Part shown: positions 1 through 9,775 of the stretch, piece by piece | Numbering within the stretch: position 1 is the first letter of the stretch | Layout: each line of letters starts with the position of its first letter | Assembly: GCA_965248435.1 (NCBI GenBank) | Contig: OZ252100.1 | Span: forward strand, 4,352,001-4,416,000 | Length of the DNA: 64,000 bases | Direction of reading: 5' to 3' | From: Candidatus Latescibacterota bacterium | GTDB taxonomy: Bacteria; Latescibacterota; UBA2968; GCA-2709665 | Notes under the pieces: generated by a model | What the model saw: the letters and a program-made list of their open reading frames with translations, nothing else | Databases searched by the model: none | Told to the model about the DNA's origin: nothing | Made by a program: the position numbers and the translations under genes

Positions 1-1
1 C

Positions 2-760
2 ACAGATGAAGACCCGTATAAGACACCGATGCGCATCTATCCCGCTGTGCATTACACGATGGGCGGCCTCTGGGTGGATTATGATTTGATGAGCAACATC
101 CCGGGTCTCTTCGTGCTCGGCGAGGCCAATTTCTCAGATCACGGCGCCAACCGCCTGGGGGCCAGCGCGCTGATGCAGGGGTTGGCAGACGGCTACTTCG
201 TGATCCCATACACGATTGGCGGGTATGTCGCCAACATCCGGGAGCAGGTGGGTACGGATCATCCTTCCTTCGGGGAGACGCTGGATAAGGTGACGTCACG
301 CGTCGACAAGCTGCTGGCTGTGAACGGCAGGCGCACAGTGGATGACTTTCATCGGGAGCTTGGCCTGATCTTGTGGGACAACTGCGGCATGTCCCGAAAC
401 GAGGCCGGACTCAAGAAGGCAAAGGAGAAGGTCGGGGAGATTCGAGAGGAGTTCTGGGAAAACCTGACGGTGACGGGGTCGAACGGCGAGTTCAACCAGA
501 CGCTGGAACGAGCCGGGCGTGTTGCTGATTTTATGGAGTTCGCCGATTTGATGGTTCACGATGCGCTGATGCGAGACGAGTCCTGCGGCGCCCACTTCCG
601 AGAAGAACATCAGACCGACGAGGGCGAGGCCCTTCGGGACGATCAAAATTACTCCTACGTCGCAGCGTGGGAGTTCAATGGAGTGGGCGAAACGTCGGCG
701 CTTCATAAAGAGCAACTGGTTTTCGAGAATGTTTCCCTGACCCAGAGGAGCTACAAGTGA
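2..760 (+). CDS. sdhA: Succinate dehydrogenase/fumarate reductase flavoprotein, C-terminal part (5' end outside window)
   Basis: Frame is open from the window edge ([22 protein letters not shown]). Motifs [11 protein letters not shown] and [11 protein letters not shown]; followed by an Fe-S subunit gene. Confidence 0.95.
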   Translation, partial: TDEDPYKTPMRIYPAVHYTMGGLWVDYDLMSNIPGLFVLGEANFSDHGANRLGASALMQGLADGYFVIPYTIGGYVANIREQVGTDHPSFGETLDKVTSRVDKLLAVNGRRTVDDFHRELGLILWDNCGMSRNEAGLKKAKEKVGEIREEFWENLTVTGSNGEFNQTLERAGRVADFMEFADLMVHDALMRDESCGAHFREEHQTDEGEALRDDQNYSYVAAWEFNGVGETSALHKEQLVFENVSLTQRSYK

Positions 761-1515
761 GTACGGGCATGAACTTCACGCTGAAGGTATGGCGCCAGAA
801 GAACAGCCAGGAGCAGGGAGAGCTTGCGTCCTACTCGGCTTCGGACATCACTCCAGACATGTCCTTTCTTGAAATGCTCGACCTCGTGAACGAGGAGCTC
901 GGAAAGGGTCGTGAGGACCCGATCGCCTTCGACAGCGACTGCCGCGAGGGCATCTGCGGTTCGTGTGGTCTTGTCATCAACGGTGTTGCCCACGGGCCAG
1001 GAAAGGGGATGACCACCTGCCAGGTCTACATGCGACAGTTCCGCGACGGAGAAACAATCACAATCGAGCCGTGGCGAGCCGCATCGTTCCAGGTGATCAA
1101 GGACCTGGTCGTGGACCGCTCCGCATTCGACCGAATCATAAAGGCGGGCGGATATGTATCCGTGAATACGGGCTCATCCCCTGACGCCAATTCCATTCTC
1201 ATTTCGCACGAACTCGCGGAAGAGGCGATGGATGCGGCAGCCTGCATCGGCTGTGGCGCGTGTGTGGCTTCGTGCAAGAACGCCTCGGCGATGCTTTTCG
1301 TGTCCGCAAAAATCAAACACCTGGGCATCCTTCCACAGGGTCAGCCCGAACGACAAAGGCGTGTGCTTGCGATGGTAGAGACGATGCAGGAAGAAGGATT
1401 TGGGGACTGTTCGAATGAATACGAATGTGAAGCCGTCTGTCCAAAGGAGATTTCGGTAGATCACATCACCTTCTTGAATCGCGAGTTCCTGCGAACCAAA
1501 CTCAGGGGTAGGTAA
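757..1515 (+). CDS. sdhB: Succinate dehydrogenase/fumarate reductase Fe-S subunit (start 757 GTG or 769 ATG)
   Basis: CREGICGSC (2Fe-2S), [11 protein letters not shown] (4Fe-4S), [12 protein letters not shown]. Confidence 0.95.
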   Translation: MSTGMNFTLKVWRQKNSQEQGELASYSASDITPDMSFLEMLDLVNEELGKGREDPIAFDSDCREGICGSCGLVINGVAHGPGKGMTTCQVYMRQFRDGETITIEPWRAASFQVIKDLVVDRSAFDRIIKAGGYVSVNTGSSPDANSILISHELAEEAMDAAACIGCGACVASCKNASAMLFVSAKIKHLGILPQGQPERQRRVLAMVETMQEEGFGDCSNEYECEAVCPKEISVDHITFLNREFLRTKLRGR

Positions 1516-1529
1516 ACCGGAAGGCGGAT

Positions 1530-2027
1530 ATGTTGGAACTCAAGACTATTTCCAAGGAGGCGATTCCCCATTCGCTGGAGCGGGTCGAGCGTTATCGGCT
1601 CCTGAACGAGCCCGCCGTCGCGGTGAGTATCTGCCATGACATCCTGAATGTGGATCCCGAAAACCAACAGGCCATCATCGGCCTCATTCTCGCGTTGACC
1701 GACGAGTTCGGCCTCAATGTGGGTGTGGGGATCAACCAGCCCCTGGAACTCATCCCTCGTCTGCAAGATGACTACGAGAAGGATTACTACACGGGCATCA
1801 TTCACGAGCGTGATGCCAAGTCGAGGTTGAGACGAGGCTACCCGGGCAGCGGGTTTGACGCCTACGAGCACCTGCACGAGGCCATGGATTGGTTCGAGAA
1901 AGCCGAAAAGATCCATCGCCCCGGGGATGAAGACGCGATTCTCCGATGGAATGCCTGTGCGCGAGTCATTGTGGAGAAGAACCTCAAACAGAGGCCCCAC
2001 ACGGATGTGGAGCACCCTCTGGAATAG
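1530..2027 (+). CDS. Conserved hypothetical helical (TPR-like) protein downstream of sdhB
   Basis: 165-aa ORF 14 nt after the sdhB stop, purine-rich RBS, helical-repeat-like pattern; function not recognised. Confidence 0.8.
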   Translation: MLELKTISKEAIPHSLERVERYRLLNEPAVAVSICHDILNVDPENQQAIIGLILALTDEFGLNVGVGINQPLELIPRLQDDYEKDYYTGIIHERDAKSRLRRGYPGSGFDAYEHLHEAMDWFEKAEKIHRPGDEDAILRWNACARVIVEKNLKQRPHTDVEHPLE

Positions 2028-2054
2028 AAGAGGAAACGCTCTACGAGTGGCTTT

Positions 2055-2089
2055 CCAAAGGGGAACGGAGCTCGGGCCGTTCCCTTTGG
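2055..2089 (+). terminator. Stem-loop after sdhAB-hypothetical
   Basis: ccaaaggggaacgg...ccgttccctttgg inverted repeat; weak U-tract. Confidence 0.55.
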
Positions 2090-2103
2090 TGTTGAAGTAA
2101 ATC

Positions 2104-2204
2104 AGTTTCTAGTTTAGAGTTTCAAGTTAAGAACAAGCATATAGAAGGGTCCCTAACTGATTTGATATGAACTAGGAACTAGAAACCTGAAACTAGAAAC
2201 TCGA
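2104..2204. repeat. Inverted pair of degenerate 7-mer arrays
   Basis: agtttct-agtttag-agtttca-agtt (2104-2128) versus aactagg-aactaga-aacctga-aactaga-aactcga (2170-2204). Confidence 0.85.
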
Positions 2205-2222
2205 TCGAGTGAAAGGTTACAC

Positions 2223-3614
2223 ATGAACTACAGAATCGAAACGGACAGCATGGGGGAAATCCGGGTGCCGGAGGACCGCTATTATGGTGCTCAAACGGCG
2301 CGTTCCCTGATCCATTTTGACATCGGGGACGAGACTATGCCACGCGAGTTGATCCGGGCGCTCGGGGTCCTCAAGAAGGCTGCTGCAATCGTTAACAGAG
2401 ATCTGGGGAAACTGCCCCCGGAAGTCGCCGACCTCATGCTTCAGGCTGCCGACGAAGTGATTGAAGGGAAGCTGGATGATCACTTCCCGCTCCGGATCTG
2501 GCAGACTGGGAGCGGAACGCAGACCAACATGAACACGAATGAAGTCATTTCGAACCGGGGCATCGAGATCGGTGGGGGGACGATGGGGAGCAAGGAGCCG
2601 ATCCACCCGAACGACCACGTCAACATGGCGCAGTCCTCCAACGACACATTTCCGACCGGAATGCATATCGCAGCCGCATCTGAGATAAACAGGCGCCTGA
2701 TTCCGATGGTTACTCAGCTTAGGGATACCCTGGCCGAGAAGGCCGAATCCTACAGGGAGATCATCAAGATTGGCCGGACGCACCTGATGGATGCGGTCCC
2801 GCTGACGCTTGGCCAGGAGTTTTCAGGTTACGTGACGCAGTTGACCAAGGGTCTGGAGCGAGTTCAGAAGTGCCTGCCGAACCTGTACGAGCTGGCGCTT
2901 GGAGGGACCGCCGTTGGAACCGGGCTCAACACGCATCCCGAGTTTGCCGAGCGTGCCGCCGAGAAGATTTCCGAGCTGACAGGACATCCGTTTGTTTCAG
3001 CGGGCAATAAGTTTGAGGCCCTGGCCGCGCACGATGCCATTGTGGAGGCGAGCGGCGCCTTGAAGACACTGGCCTGTTCTCTTATGAAGATCGCCAATGA
3101 CATCCGCTGGCTTGGCTCGGGGCCGAGGTGTGGGATCGGGGAGCTGGCTCTGCCGGCCAACGAGCCGGGAAGCTCTATCATGCCGGGAAAGGTCAATCCC
3201 ACGCAATGCGAGGCGATGACGATGGTCGCCGCTCAGGTGATCGGGAACGACACCTCCATCGCTGTTGGGGGCTCCTCAGGGAACTTCGAACTGAACGTCT
3301 TCAAGCCCGTAATGATCTACAATTTGCTGCAGTCGATTCGGCTCATCTCTGATGGCTGCGAATCCTTCGACGAGCATTGCGCGAGAGGTATCGGGGCGAA
3401 CCGGGAGAATATCGAGCGACACCTGAAGCAGTCCCTGATGCTGGTAACGGCCCTCAATCCGCACATCGGATATGACAACGCGGCCAAGGTGGCCAAAAAG
3501 GCCCACGCGGAAAACCTTACGCTGCGAGAATCTGCTATAACACTTGGGCTGATGAGTGGGGAGGATTTCGACGGAGCGGTTCGTCCGGGGGAGATGACGG
3601 GGCCCAAAGCGTAG
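2223..3614 (+). CDS. fumC: Class II fumarate hydratase
   Basis: [19 protein letters not shown], signature [11 protein letters not shown]. Confidence 0.98.
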   Translation: MNYRIETDSMGEIRVPEDRYYGAQTARSLIHFDIGDETMPRELIRALGVLKKAAAIVNRDLGKLPPEVADLMLQAADEVIEGKLDDHFPLRIWQTGSGTQTNMNTNEVISNRGIEIGGGTMGSKEPIHPNDHVNMAQSSNDTFPTGMHIAAASEINRRLIPMVTQLRDTLAEKAESYREIIKIGRTHLMDAVPLTLGQEFSGYVTQLTKGLERVQKCLPNLYELALGGTAVGTGLNTHPEFAERAAEKISELTGHPFVSAGNKFEALAAHDAIVEASGALKTLACSLMKIANDIRWLGSGPRCGIGELALPANEPGSSIMPGKVNPTQCEAMTMVAAQVIGNDTSIAVGGSSGNFELNVFKPVMIYNLLQSIRLISDGCESFDEHCARGIGANRENIERHLKQSLMLVTALNPHIGYDNAAKVAKKAHAENLTLRESAITLGLMSGEDFDGAVRPGEMTGPKA

Positions 3615-3668
3615 AGTTGAGAGTCAAGAGACAAGAGTCGCGAGCAGAATCAGAAAAGAATATCGAAT

Positions 3669-4724
3669 GCCCGAGTTCAATAAGGAAGTGCAACACTTAG
3701 GGTAGCAACTGTCCTATCCTAAGTGTATGGGAAACAATTACAAGCATCTTACGATAGACGAACGCGAGCAGATTGCGCTTTGTCGAGCCACTGGTGCAAG
3801 CCTTAGAGATATTGCCAAGGCCCTTGACCGGAGCGCCAGCACGATTTCAAGAGAGTTGAAACGTAATCCGTCCCCGATAGCTGAGAGTTACTCGGGCCTC
3901 CAGGCTCACAGAAGGGCTGAGAAACGTAAGCGGGAGGCCGGCAAGCGGAAACGGCTGAAGAATCCGGTTATCCGGCGATATGTCGAGACCAAACTCAAGC
4001 AAGGATGGTCTCCCGAGTTGATCGCTGGGAGGCTTCCCGAGGAGCGTCCGAGCGCGGGTATCAGCCACGAAGCCATCTACCAGTATATCTACGATCCAAA
4101 GGTGCACAAGCAGCGGGATCTGGTTGCTTGCTTATCCCGAGCTCACAAAAAACGAAAGCCGCGGTGGCATACCCGAAAACACCGGGAAAGCCACATTCCA
4201 GGCCGTATTTCGATCGATCGACGTCCCCGTTACATCGAAAAACGGAAACAACCTGGCCACTGGGAATCCGACACCATCATCTCTCGTGAGAGCAAACAGG
4301 CCGTTGGCGCTTGTCTTGAGCGATCGTCGAGATACCTACACCTGGCTAAGCTGGCAAAGAACGGACCCTCGGAGGTCGCCGAAGCGATTAATCGACGCCT
4401 TGGGCGACATCCTCCCCACATGAGGAAGAGCATCACATATGACAACGGATCCGAAAACGGCCAACATCAACGGGTCAACGAGGTGCTTGGCACCAAATCC
4501 TATTTCTGCAAACCGTTCCACAGCTGGGAGCGAGGCGCTGTGGAAAACGCTATCGGTCTGGTCCGCAGATACCTCCCCAAGAAGACAGACTTCTCAAAGG
4601 TCAGCAAACACGAGTTAAAGAAAATTCAGAACCGGATCAACAACCGACCAAGAAAATGTCTTAACTTCAAAACACCAGCTGAAGTCTTCAAGTCCAAGTG
4701 TTGCACTTAGTCATTGAATCCAGC
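3669..4724 (+). mobile_element. IS30-family insertion sequence, apparently intact
   Basis: Imperfect IRs gagttcaataaggaagtgcaacactt (3673-3698) and aagtgttgcacttagtcattgaatcc (4696-4721), 21/26 match. 2-bp AT direct repeat at 3667-3668 and 4725-4726; removing the element restores a 7-mer array. Confidence 0.9.
3727..4710 (+). CDS. IS30-family transposase
   Basis: N-terminal HTH (RSASTISRELKRN), WSPELI, ISHEAIYQY, DDE motifs GHWESD / TYDNGSE / WERGAVEN, NNRPRKCL. Stop codon lies inside the right IR. Confidence 0.97.
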   Translation: MGNNYKHLTIDEREQIALCRATGASLRDIAKALDRSASTISRELKRNPSPIAESYSGLQAHRRAEKRKREAGKRKRLKNPVIRRYVETKLKQGWSPELIAGRLPEERPSAGISHEAIYQYIYDPKVHKQRDLVACLSRAHKKRKPRWHTRKHRESHIPGRISIDRRPRYIEKRKQPGHWESDTIISRESKQAVGACLERSSRYLHLAKLAKNGPSEVAEAINRRLGRHPPHMRKSITYDNGSENGQHQRVNEVLGTKSYFCKPFHSWERGAVENAIGLVRRYLPKKTDFSKVSKHELKKIQNRINNRPRKCLNFKTPAEVFKSKCCT

Positions 4725-4850
4725 ATGTCGAATAATGAACGCCGAATGTCGAACGGGCGATTCAGAATCGGCTCAACGTTTTCGAATCCCGTTCAGTCCC
4801 CACTTGAAAAGCGGGGAGGCGGTTTGTTGTTCATCACCTTATCGATTGGT

Positions 4851-4937
4851 TCCGTGGCCCTCCGTGCCTTTTTCCGTGTCCTCCGTGATCCAAGCGGGTG
4901 GTGATGGCACTTTCGTGTCTTTTCGTGCTTCTTCGTG
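4851..4937. repeat. Short imperfect tccgtg/ttcgtg tandem repeats
   Basis: tccgtg x4 (4851-4887) and ttcgtg x3 (4912-4937); the reverse-complement unit cacgaa recurs at 44817-44854. Confidence 0.65.
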
Positions 4938-5013
4938 CAATTTAGTGATCCCGCCTTAATCATTCGATATTCTATCAATAACCCTCCCTTCCGGAGTTCC
5001 CATTTCACGCCGT

Positions 5014-6114
5014 TTGAAAATCATCCTTGTCGTCAGCGCCAGGCCCAATTTCATGAAGGTCGCGCCGATTTTGCGCTGCATGAAGCAGATGCCAGAAACG
5101 TTCTCCCCGATTCTCGTGCATACCGGCCAGCATTACGACGACGCGATGTCTGACGCGTTTTTCAGGGACCTGGGGCTCGTGGATCCCGGCTATCGGCTGG
5201 GCGTCGGATCGGGTTCGCACGCGGAGCAGACCGGACAGGCCATGATCGCTTTCGAGGGAGTCCTGCTGAAGGAAAGACCTGACATCGTCGTAGTTGTGGG
5301 TGACGTAAACCCGACGCTGGCCTGCGCGATTGATGCGGCGAAGTTGTCGATTCCCGTTGCGCACGTCGAGGCAGGTCTCCGGAGCCGCGATATGCAGATG
5401 CCCGAGGAAATAAACCGGATCCTGACAGACGCCGTTTCGACCTATCTGTTCACTCCCTCTCCGGACGCCGACGAGAATCTGCTCAAGGAAGGCCTTCCAA
5501 AGGAAAGGATTTTCCGGGTCGGGAATGTGATGATCGATTCTCTGCGATGCGCTGAAGATCATCTGGATGGATGCGATATGCTGGACCGGCTTCGAATCAA
5601 GAGTGAGGAATACGCGGTGCTGACGCTGCATCGGCCATCGAATGTGGATGATGACCACCGACTCACGGGGATCCTCACCGCTCTCGAAGAAATTCAGCAA
5701 GAATTGAAGGTGATCTTCCCCATTCACCCCCGAACGCGAAAGCGAATCGCCGAATTCGGCCTGGAACCCGTGCTGAACAACATGGACAATCTGAGTATAG
5801 CAGAGCCTGTCAGCTATCTGGAATCCCTTTGCCTGCTGAAGGATGCGAGTTTTGTCATGACCGATTCAGGCGGTGTTCAAGAGGAGACGACCGTCCTGGG
5901 TGTGCCGTGTCTTACCCTGCGTGACAATACGGAAAGACCCGTGACTGTCAACGTGGGAACCAACACTGTGGTCGGCGTGGACCCTGCTTCTATCCTAAAA
6001 GCAGCGAGATCGGTACTCGAAGGCCGCTATAAGAAGGGACGGGTCCCGGAACTGTGGGATGGTGAGGCGGCTGAACGAATCATCCGCGTTCTGGCTGAGC
6101 ACGATCGGGTATAA
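5014..6114 (+). CDS. wecB: UDP-N-acetylglucosamine 2-epimerase (non-hydrolysing)
   Basis: ARPNFMK, HTGQHYD, HVEAGLRS, PEEINR, TDSGGVQEE, TERP. Confidence 0.96.
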   Translation: MKIILVVSARPNFMKVAPILRCMKQMPETFSPILVHTGQHYDDAMSDAFFRDLGLVDPGYRLGVGSGSHAEQTGQAMIAFEGVLLKERPDIVVVVGDVNPTLACAIDAAKLSIPVAHVEAGLRSRDMQMPEEINRILTDAVSTYLFTPSPDADENLLKEGLPKERIFRVGNVMIDSLRCAEDHLDGCDMLDRLRIKSEEYAVLTLHRPSNVDDDHRLTGILTALEEIQQELKVIFPIHPRTRKRIAEFGLEPVLNNMDNLSIAEPVSYLESLCLLKDASFVMTDSGGVQEETTVLGVPCLTLRDNTERPVTVNVGTNTVVGVDPASILKAARSVLEGRYKKGRVPELWDGEAAERIIRVLAEHDRV

Positions 6115-6152
6115 GCCCCATCGTCCAAAGATCGCAGATCAGAGAACAAAAG

Positions 6153-6187
6153 AAAGCGGCCCGATGGATCGTCCATCGGGCCGCTTT
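6153..6187. terminator. Bidirectional terminator between convergent wecB and frdD
   Basis: Perfect 16-bp stem aaagcggcccgatgga-tcg-tccatcgggccgcttt; A-rich left flank gives a U-tract on the minus strand. Confidence 0.85.
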
Positions 6188-6272
6188 GGCTCGGGGCAAG
6201 AGACACGAGTCAGCGTAGAATCGAAAGAGAATACCGAATGTCGAAGACCGTGCTCGTAAGCGAATCGTAGCC

Positions 6273-6298
6273 GTAGGGGCGGGCCCCTGTGCCCGCCC
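6273..6298 (+). repeat. GTAG-type REP-like palindrome
   Basis: gtag-gggcgggc-ccctgt-gcccgccc: GTAG tetranucleotide followed by an 8-bp GC stem. Confidence 0.7.
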
Positions 6299-6307
6299 GC
6301 ACGATGG

Positions 6308-6667
6308 CTACAGAATCATCCACAGGATATATGCTGCCAGGACTGTTCCGAGGAGCGCCCCGCCATAGCAGAGGAGGTCCATGGAGAGCCGGAACTCCCG
6401 GATTCCCAACTCATACAGAGAAAACCGGATGCGGTGGGCCGCGTGGTAGAGCGGGAGGACAACGAGGACGAAGAGATAGACCTTGAAGACGGGATTCGCG
6501 AGGAGGTCCTTCATTCGCTCATAGCCGAGGGTCTCGGGTGAAACCAGACCAAGCGGGACCGCCAGGCCGTCAAAGAAGATGTGGATCGGGATCAGGAAGG
6601 CTGCAATCGTTCCACCCAGGGAGAACATCCCCCACCAGAAGGGCTCACCTTTGTCCTGTTTGTACAC
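6308..6667 (-). CDS. frdD: Fumarate reductase membrane anchor subunit D
   Basis: EPFWWGMFSLGG, LYHAAHRI; three TM helices; last gene of frdABCD. Confidence 0.92.
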   Translation of the reverse strand: MYKQDKGEPFWWGMFSLGGTIAAFLIPIHIFFDGLAVPLGLVSPETLGYERMKDLLANPVFKVYLFVLVVLPLYHAAHRIRFSLYELGIREFRLSMDLLCYGGALLGTVLAAYILWMIL

Positions 6668-6677
6668 GGCACGGTCC

Positions 6678-7094
6678 TTATAGCAAGACCAGGAAGAAGT
6701 AAGCGACGGCTACAGAGGCGACAAGCCAGGTCAGATACGCCCCTGCTGAAACGAGTCCCGGCGGCACAGTCAGGCGCCCGAATCGGACGATTTGAATCTT
6801 CGAGACGAGACCCAGCCACGTGAAGCTGTGGTAGAGGGCGAACAGAAGGACGATCACATAGAAGGCAATAAAGGCCCACGATCGAAGGGATTTCTGGAAG
6901 AGCGCGTGGACTTCGGCGCCTTTTGACAGGAGGAAGAACTCATACAGGTAGAGCAGCGCGAACAGGGCAACGAACACGCTTGTGGATTCCCGGATCATGA
7001 ACATGAAATATCTTCGGTTTCGCATCCACCAGGTGGCCGGGATCGGTCTGTGGTAGGCCTGGTAGGTATACTCGTGTTCTCGATCTATCATCAT
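6678..7094 (-). CDS. frdC: Fumarate reductase membrane anchor subunit C (start corrected to 7094)
   Basis: [32 protein letters not shown] overlap with the frdB stop. Confidence 0.9.
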   Translation of the reverse strand: MMIDREHEYTYQAYHRPIPATWWMRNRRYFMFMIRESTSVFVALFALLYLYEFFLLSKGAEVHALFQKSLRSWAFIAFYVIVLLFALYHSFTWLGLVSKIQIVRFGRLTVPPGLVSAGAYLTWLVASVAVAYFFLVLL

Positions 7095-7840
7095 CGTCGG
7101 CTCCCCATCGGAAGGAGGAGGGATTTGAACCAGTCCGTCGTCGTGGCGACTTTCGTCCGCTGGATCGCCGCGGCTGGATCCACGTCTTTGGGACAGACGA
7201 CGCTGCATTCCCCGATGTAAGTGCATTCCCATATGCCCTCGCTGCTCGCGATGACGTGCTTGCGGGCCTCCGTTCCTTCATCCCTGGAATCCAGGTTATA
7301 CCGATGTCCCAGGGCGATCGCGGCCGGCCCGATAAATTCGGTCTCCAGGCCGTAGACGGGGCACGCGGCGTAACAGAGCATGCAGTTGATGCACATGCTG
7401 AACTGCTTGTACTCCTTCAGCTGATCGGGGGTCTGCAGGTACTCTCCTTCCTCTAGCGCTTTCTCTTCCTTCCGGATGATCCACGGCTTGACCGCTTTGA
7501 GCTTCTCCATAAAGTCCGTCATGTCGATCACGAGGTCTCGGACGATCGGGAAATTGAGAAGCGGCTCCACTTTGACCTCATTCGGATAATAATCGCGCAG
7601 GAAAGCCGCACAGGTCAGTTTCGGCTCGCCGTTGACCATCATGCCGCAGCTGCCGCAGACGCCCATTCGACAGGACCAGCGGAAGGAGAGGGTGCCGTCT
7701 ACCTGGTCTTTGATGTAGTTGAGGGCGTCCAGGACGACCCAGTCATCCTGGTATGGGATTTCGTAAGTCTGCTCGGTCGGCTGGTCTTCCAGCTCCGGGC
7801 GGAATCGGGTAACCGTGATTGCGACGGTTTGTTGACTCAT
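7091..7840 (-). CDS. frdB: Fumarate reductase Fe-S subunit
   Basis: [38 protein letters not shown]. Confidence 0.96.
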   Translation of the reverse strand: MSQQTVAITVTRFRPELEDQPTEQTYEIPYQDDWVVLDALNYIKDQVDGTLSFRWSCRMGVCGSCGMMVNGEPKLTCAAFLRDYYPNEVKVEPLLNFPIVRDLVIDMTDFMEKLKAVKPWIIRKEEKALEEGEYLQTPDQLKEYKQFSMCINCMLCYAACPVYGLETEFIGPAAIALGHRYNLDSRDEGTEARKHVIASSEGIWECTYIGECSVVCPKDVDPAAAIQRTKVATTTDWFKSLLLPMGSRR

Positions 7841-7883
7841 GATTTTCCCTTAGAAAACGCGATCCAAGAAACAAGCTTTTCAC

Positions 7884-7961
7884 GACCGCAGACCACAGAC
7901 GGCAGACCGCAAAGATCTAAACTCTATTCATCTCGCGGTCGGCGGTCCGTCGTCCGCGGTC
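7884..7961. repeat. Inverted 7-mer array (gaccgca-type) between frdA and frdB
   Basis: gaccgca-gaccaca-gacggca-gaccgca ... cgcggtc-ggcggtc-cgtcgtc-cgcggtc; homologous to 37866-37948. Confidence 0.85.
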
Positions 7962-7966
7962 CGCCT

Positions 7967-9676
7967 TTAGTATTTCCGCTCTTCAGGCTGCCATCGCGTG
8001 ATGGAGACCGGCAAATAATCGACCCGCGGCGTGTCATCCCCCTTATAAGCGACCGAATGTTTCAGAAAGCGTTCATCATCTCGAGCTTCGAAATCGGTGC
8101 GGGCGTGAGAGCCCCTGGACTCTTCGCGCAGGAGTGCACAATGAGCCAGGGCTTCGGCCACGTCCAGCATATATCCCAGTTCGAGCGCGGACGTCAGTTC
8201 GGTATTGAAGACCTCCGATCGATCATCCAGCCCGACCTTATCATACCGATCCTTGAGCTCGTGGATGGTTTGACAGGTCTCCTTCAGTTCTGCCTCGGTC
8301 CGGTAGATACCGGCACCTTTTTCCAGGGTCGCCTGAAGGTCTGATCGGATGTTCGCGATGCTGTCATTGCCCTTGGGGGGCTGTAGATGCCTGGTTTCGA
8401 CCCGCCTTCTCTCGTCGTGGGCCAACTTTTCGAGTTCATAGTGCGGCGGACCCTCCTGTTCCGAGGCGTACGCAGCAGCAGCCCTTCCAGCGCGAGCACC
8501 AAAGACGAGGCATTCGGAGAGGGAGTTGGAGCCGAGCCGGTTCGCCCCGTTCATGCTCACGCAGGCCGCTTCGCCGGCCGCGAACAGGCCAGGGACCGGG
8601 GTCGCGCCATTGATGTCCGTGTGTACGCCCCCCATCATGTAGTGGACTACAGGCCTTACGCTGATCGGCTCGTGAATGGGATCGATGCCGACGTAGTTAA
8701 GGGTGAGCTCTCTCACGAACGGAAGCTTTTCATTGATCACCTTTTCTCCGAGGTGCCTCAGGTCCAGGTGGACGTAATTCCCGTAGGGCCCATCGAAAAC
8801 GCGCCCCGCCTTCGTCTCGTGGACGAATGCCCTGGAGAGGATGTCTCGCGGGCCCAGCTCCATCTTTCCGGGCACATATTCGCTCAGATAGCGGTCTCCT
8901 TCTTTGTTGATCAGGTAACCGCCTTCGCCCCGCGAGGCCTCGGTGATCAGAATGCCCGTCCCTGGAAGCCCGGTGGGGTGGTACTGGACGAACTCCAGGT
9001 CCTTCAGTGGGCATCCCGCGCGGTACGCAAGGGCCATACCGTCACCGGTCTTGATCGCCGCGTTCGTGGTGAACGGGAAGATCCGCCCCGCACCACCGGT
9101 GCAGATAATGACGGCCTTCGCCGGGATGGCGTGGATCTCTCCAGACCGGATGTTCAGGGCGGTTACGCCGCAGACTTTGCCGTCATCCTGGAGGAGCGAA
9201 GTTACGAACCACTCATCGTAACGAGTGATTCGGTCATACTTCAGAGATGTCTGGAACAGGGCATGGAGCATGTGGAACCCGGTCTTGTCGGCGGCAAAGA
9301 GCGTGCGTTTTACGCTCATGCCTCCGAAGGCCCTCACGCTCACACGACCGTCAGGATCTCTGCTCCAGGGGCACCCCCAATGCTCCAGCTGGATCACCTC
9401 GTTCTGAGCCTCTTTGACAAAGGCTTCGACGACGTCCTGATCGGCCAGGAAGTCGCTGCCCTTTATCGTGTCGTAGGCGTGCAGATCGAGGTTATCGTCC
9501 TCACGCATCACGGCGGCGGTTCCACCCTCGGCCGAGACGGTATGACTCCTCATGGGGTAGACCTTGGAGACGACCCCGATGCTGAGGCCTTCCTGAGCCT
9601 CCGCCGCCGCGATCGCCGCCCGAAGGCCTGCTCCTCCGCCACCCACCAGGAGGACATCGTGTTGCCGAATATTCAC
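7967..9676 (-). CDS. frdA: Fumarate reductase flavoprotein subunit
   Basis: [16 protein letters not shown] (FAD-His), [35 protein letters not shown]. Confidence 0.96.
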   Translation of the reverse strand: MNIRQHDVLLVGGGGAGLRAAIAAAEAQEGLSIGVVSKVYPMRSHTVSAEGGTAAVMREDDNLDLHAYDTIKGSDFLADQDVVEAFVKEAQNEVIQLEHWGCPWSRDPDGRVSVRAFGGMSVKRTLFAADKTGFHMLHALFQTSLKYDRITRYDEWFVTSLLQDDGKVCGVTALNIRSGEIHAIPAKAVIICTGGAGRIFPFTTNAAIKTGDGMALAYRAGCPLKDLEFVQYHPTGLPGTGILITEASRGEGGYLINKEGDRYLSEYVPGKMELGPRDILSRAFVHETKAGRVFDGPYGNYVHLDLRHLGEKVINEKLPFVRELTLNYVGIDPIHEPISVRPVVHYMMGGVHTDINGATPVPGLFAAGEAACVSMNGANRLGSNSLSECLVFGARAGRAAAAYASEQEGPPHYELEKLAHDERRRVETRHLQPPKGNDSIANIRSDLQATLEKGAGIYRTEAELKETCQTIHELKDRYDKVGLDDRSEVFNTELTSALELGYMLDVAEALAHCALLREESRGSHARTDFEARDDERFLKHSVAYKGDDTPRVDYLPVSITRWQPEERKY

Positions 9677-9732
9677 ACCATTATCCTATGAGCGAACTGA
9701 CTCTATGGACATTACTTTTGTTAGGGATTCTA

Positions 9733-9761
9733 ATTATAGTTCCTGTGAAAAGTGGCGTCAA
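9733..9761 (-). promoter_or_regulatory. sigma70-type promoter for frdABCD
   Basis: Minus strand TTGACG-17 nt-TATAAT. Confidence 0.8.
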
Positions 9762-9775
9762 ACGAATTCTCCGCC

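Noticed and set aside
8387-9691. 434-aa plus-strand ORF
   Set aside because: Antisense shadow of frdA in GC-rich DNA; no recognisable motifs.
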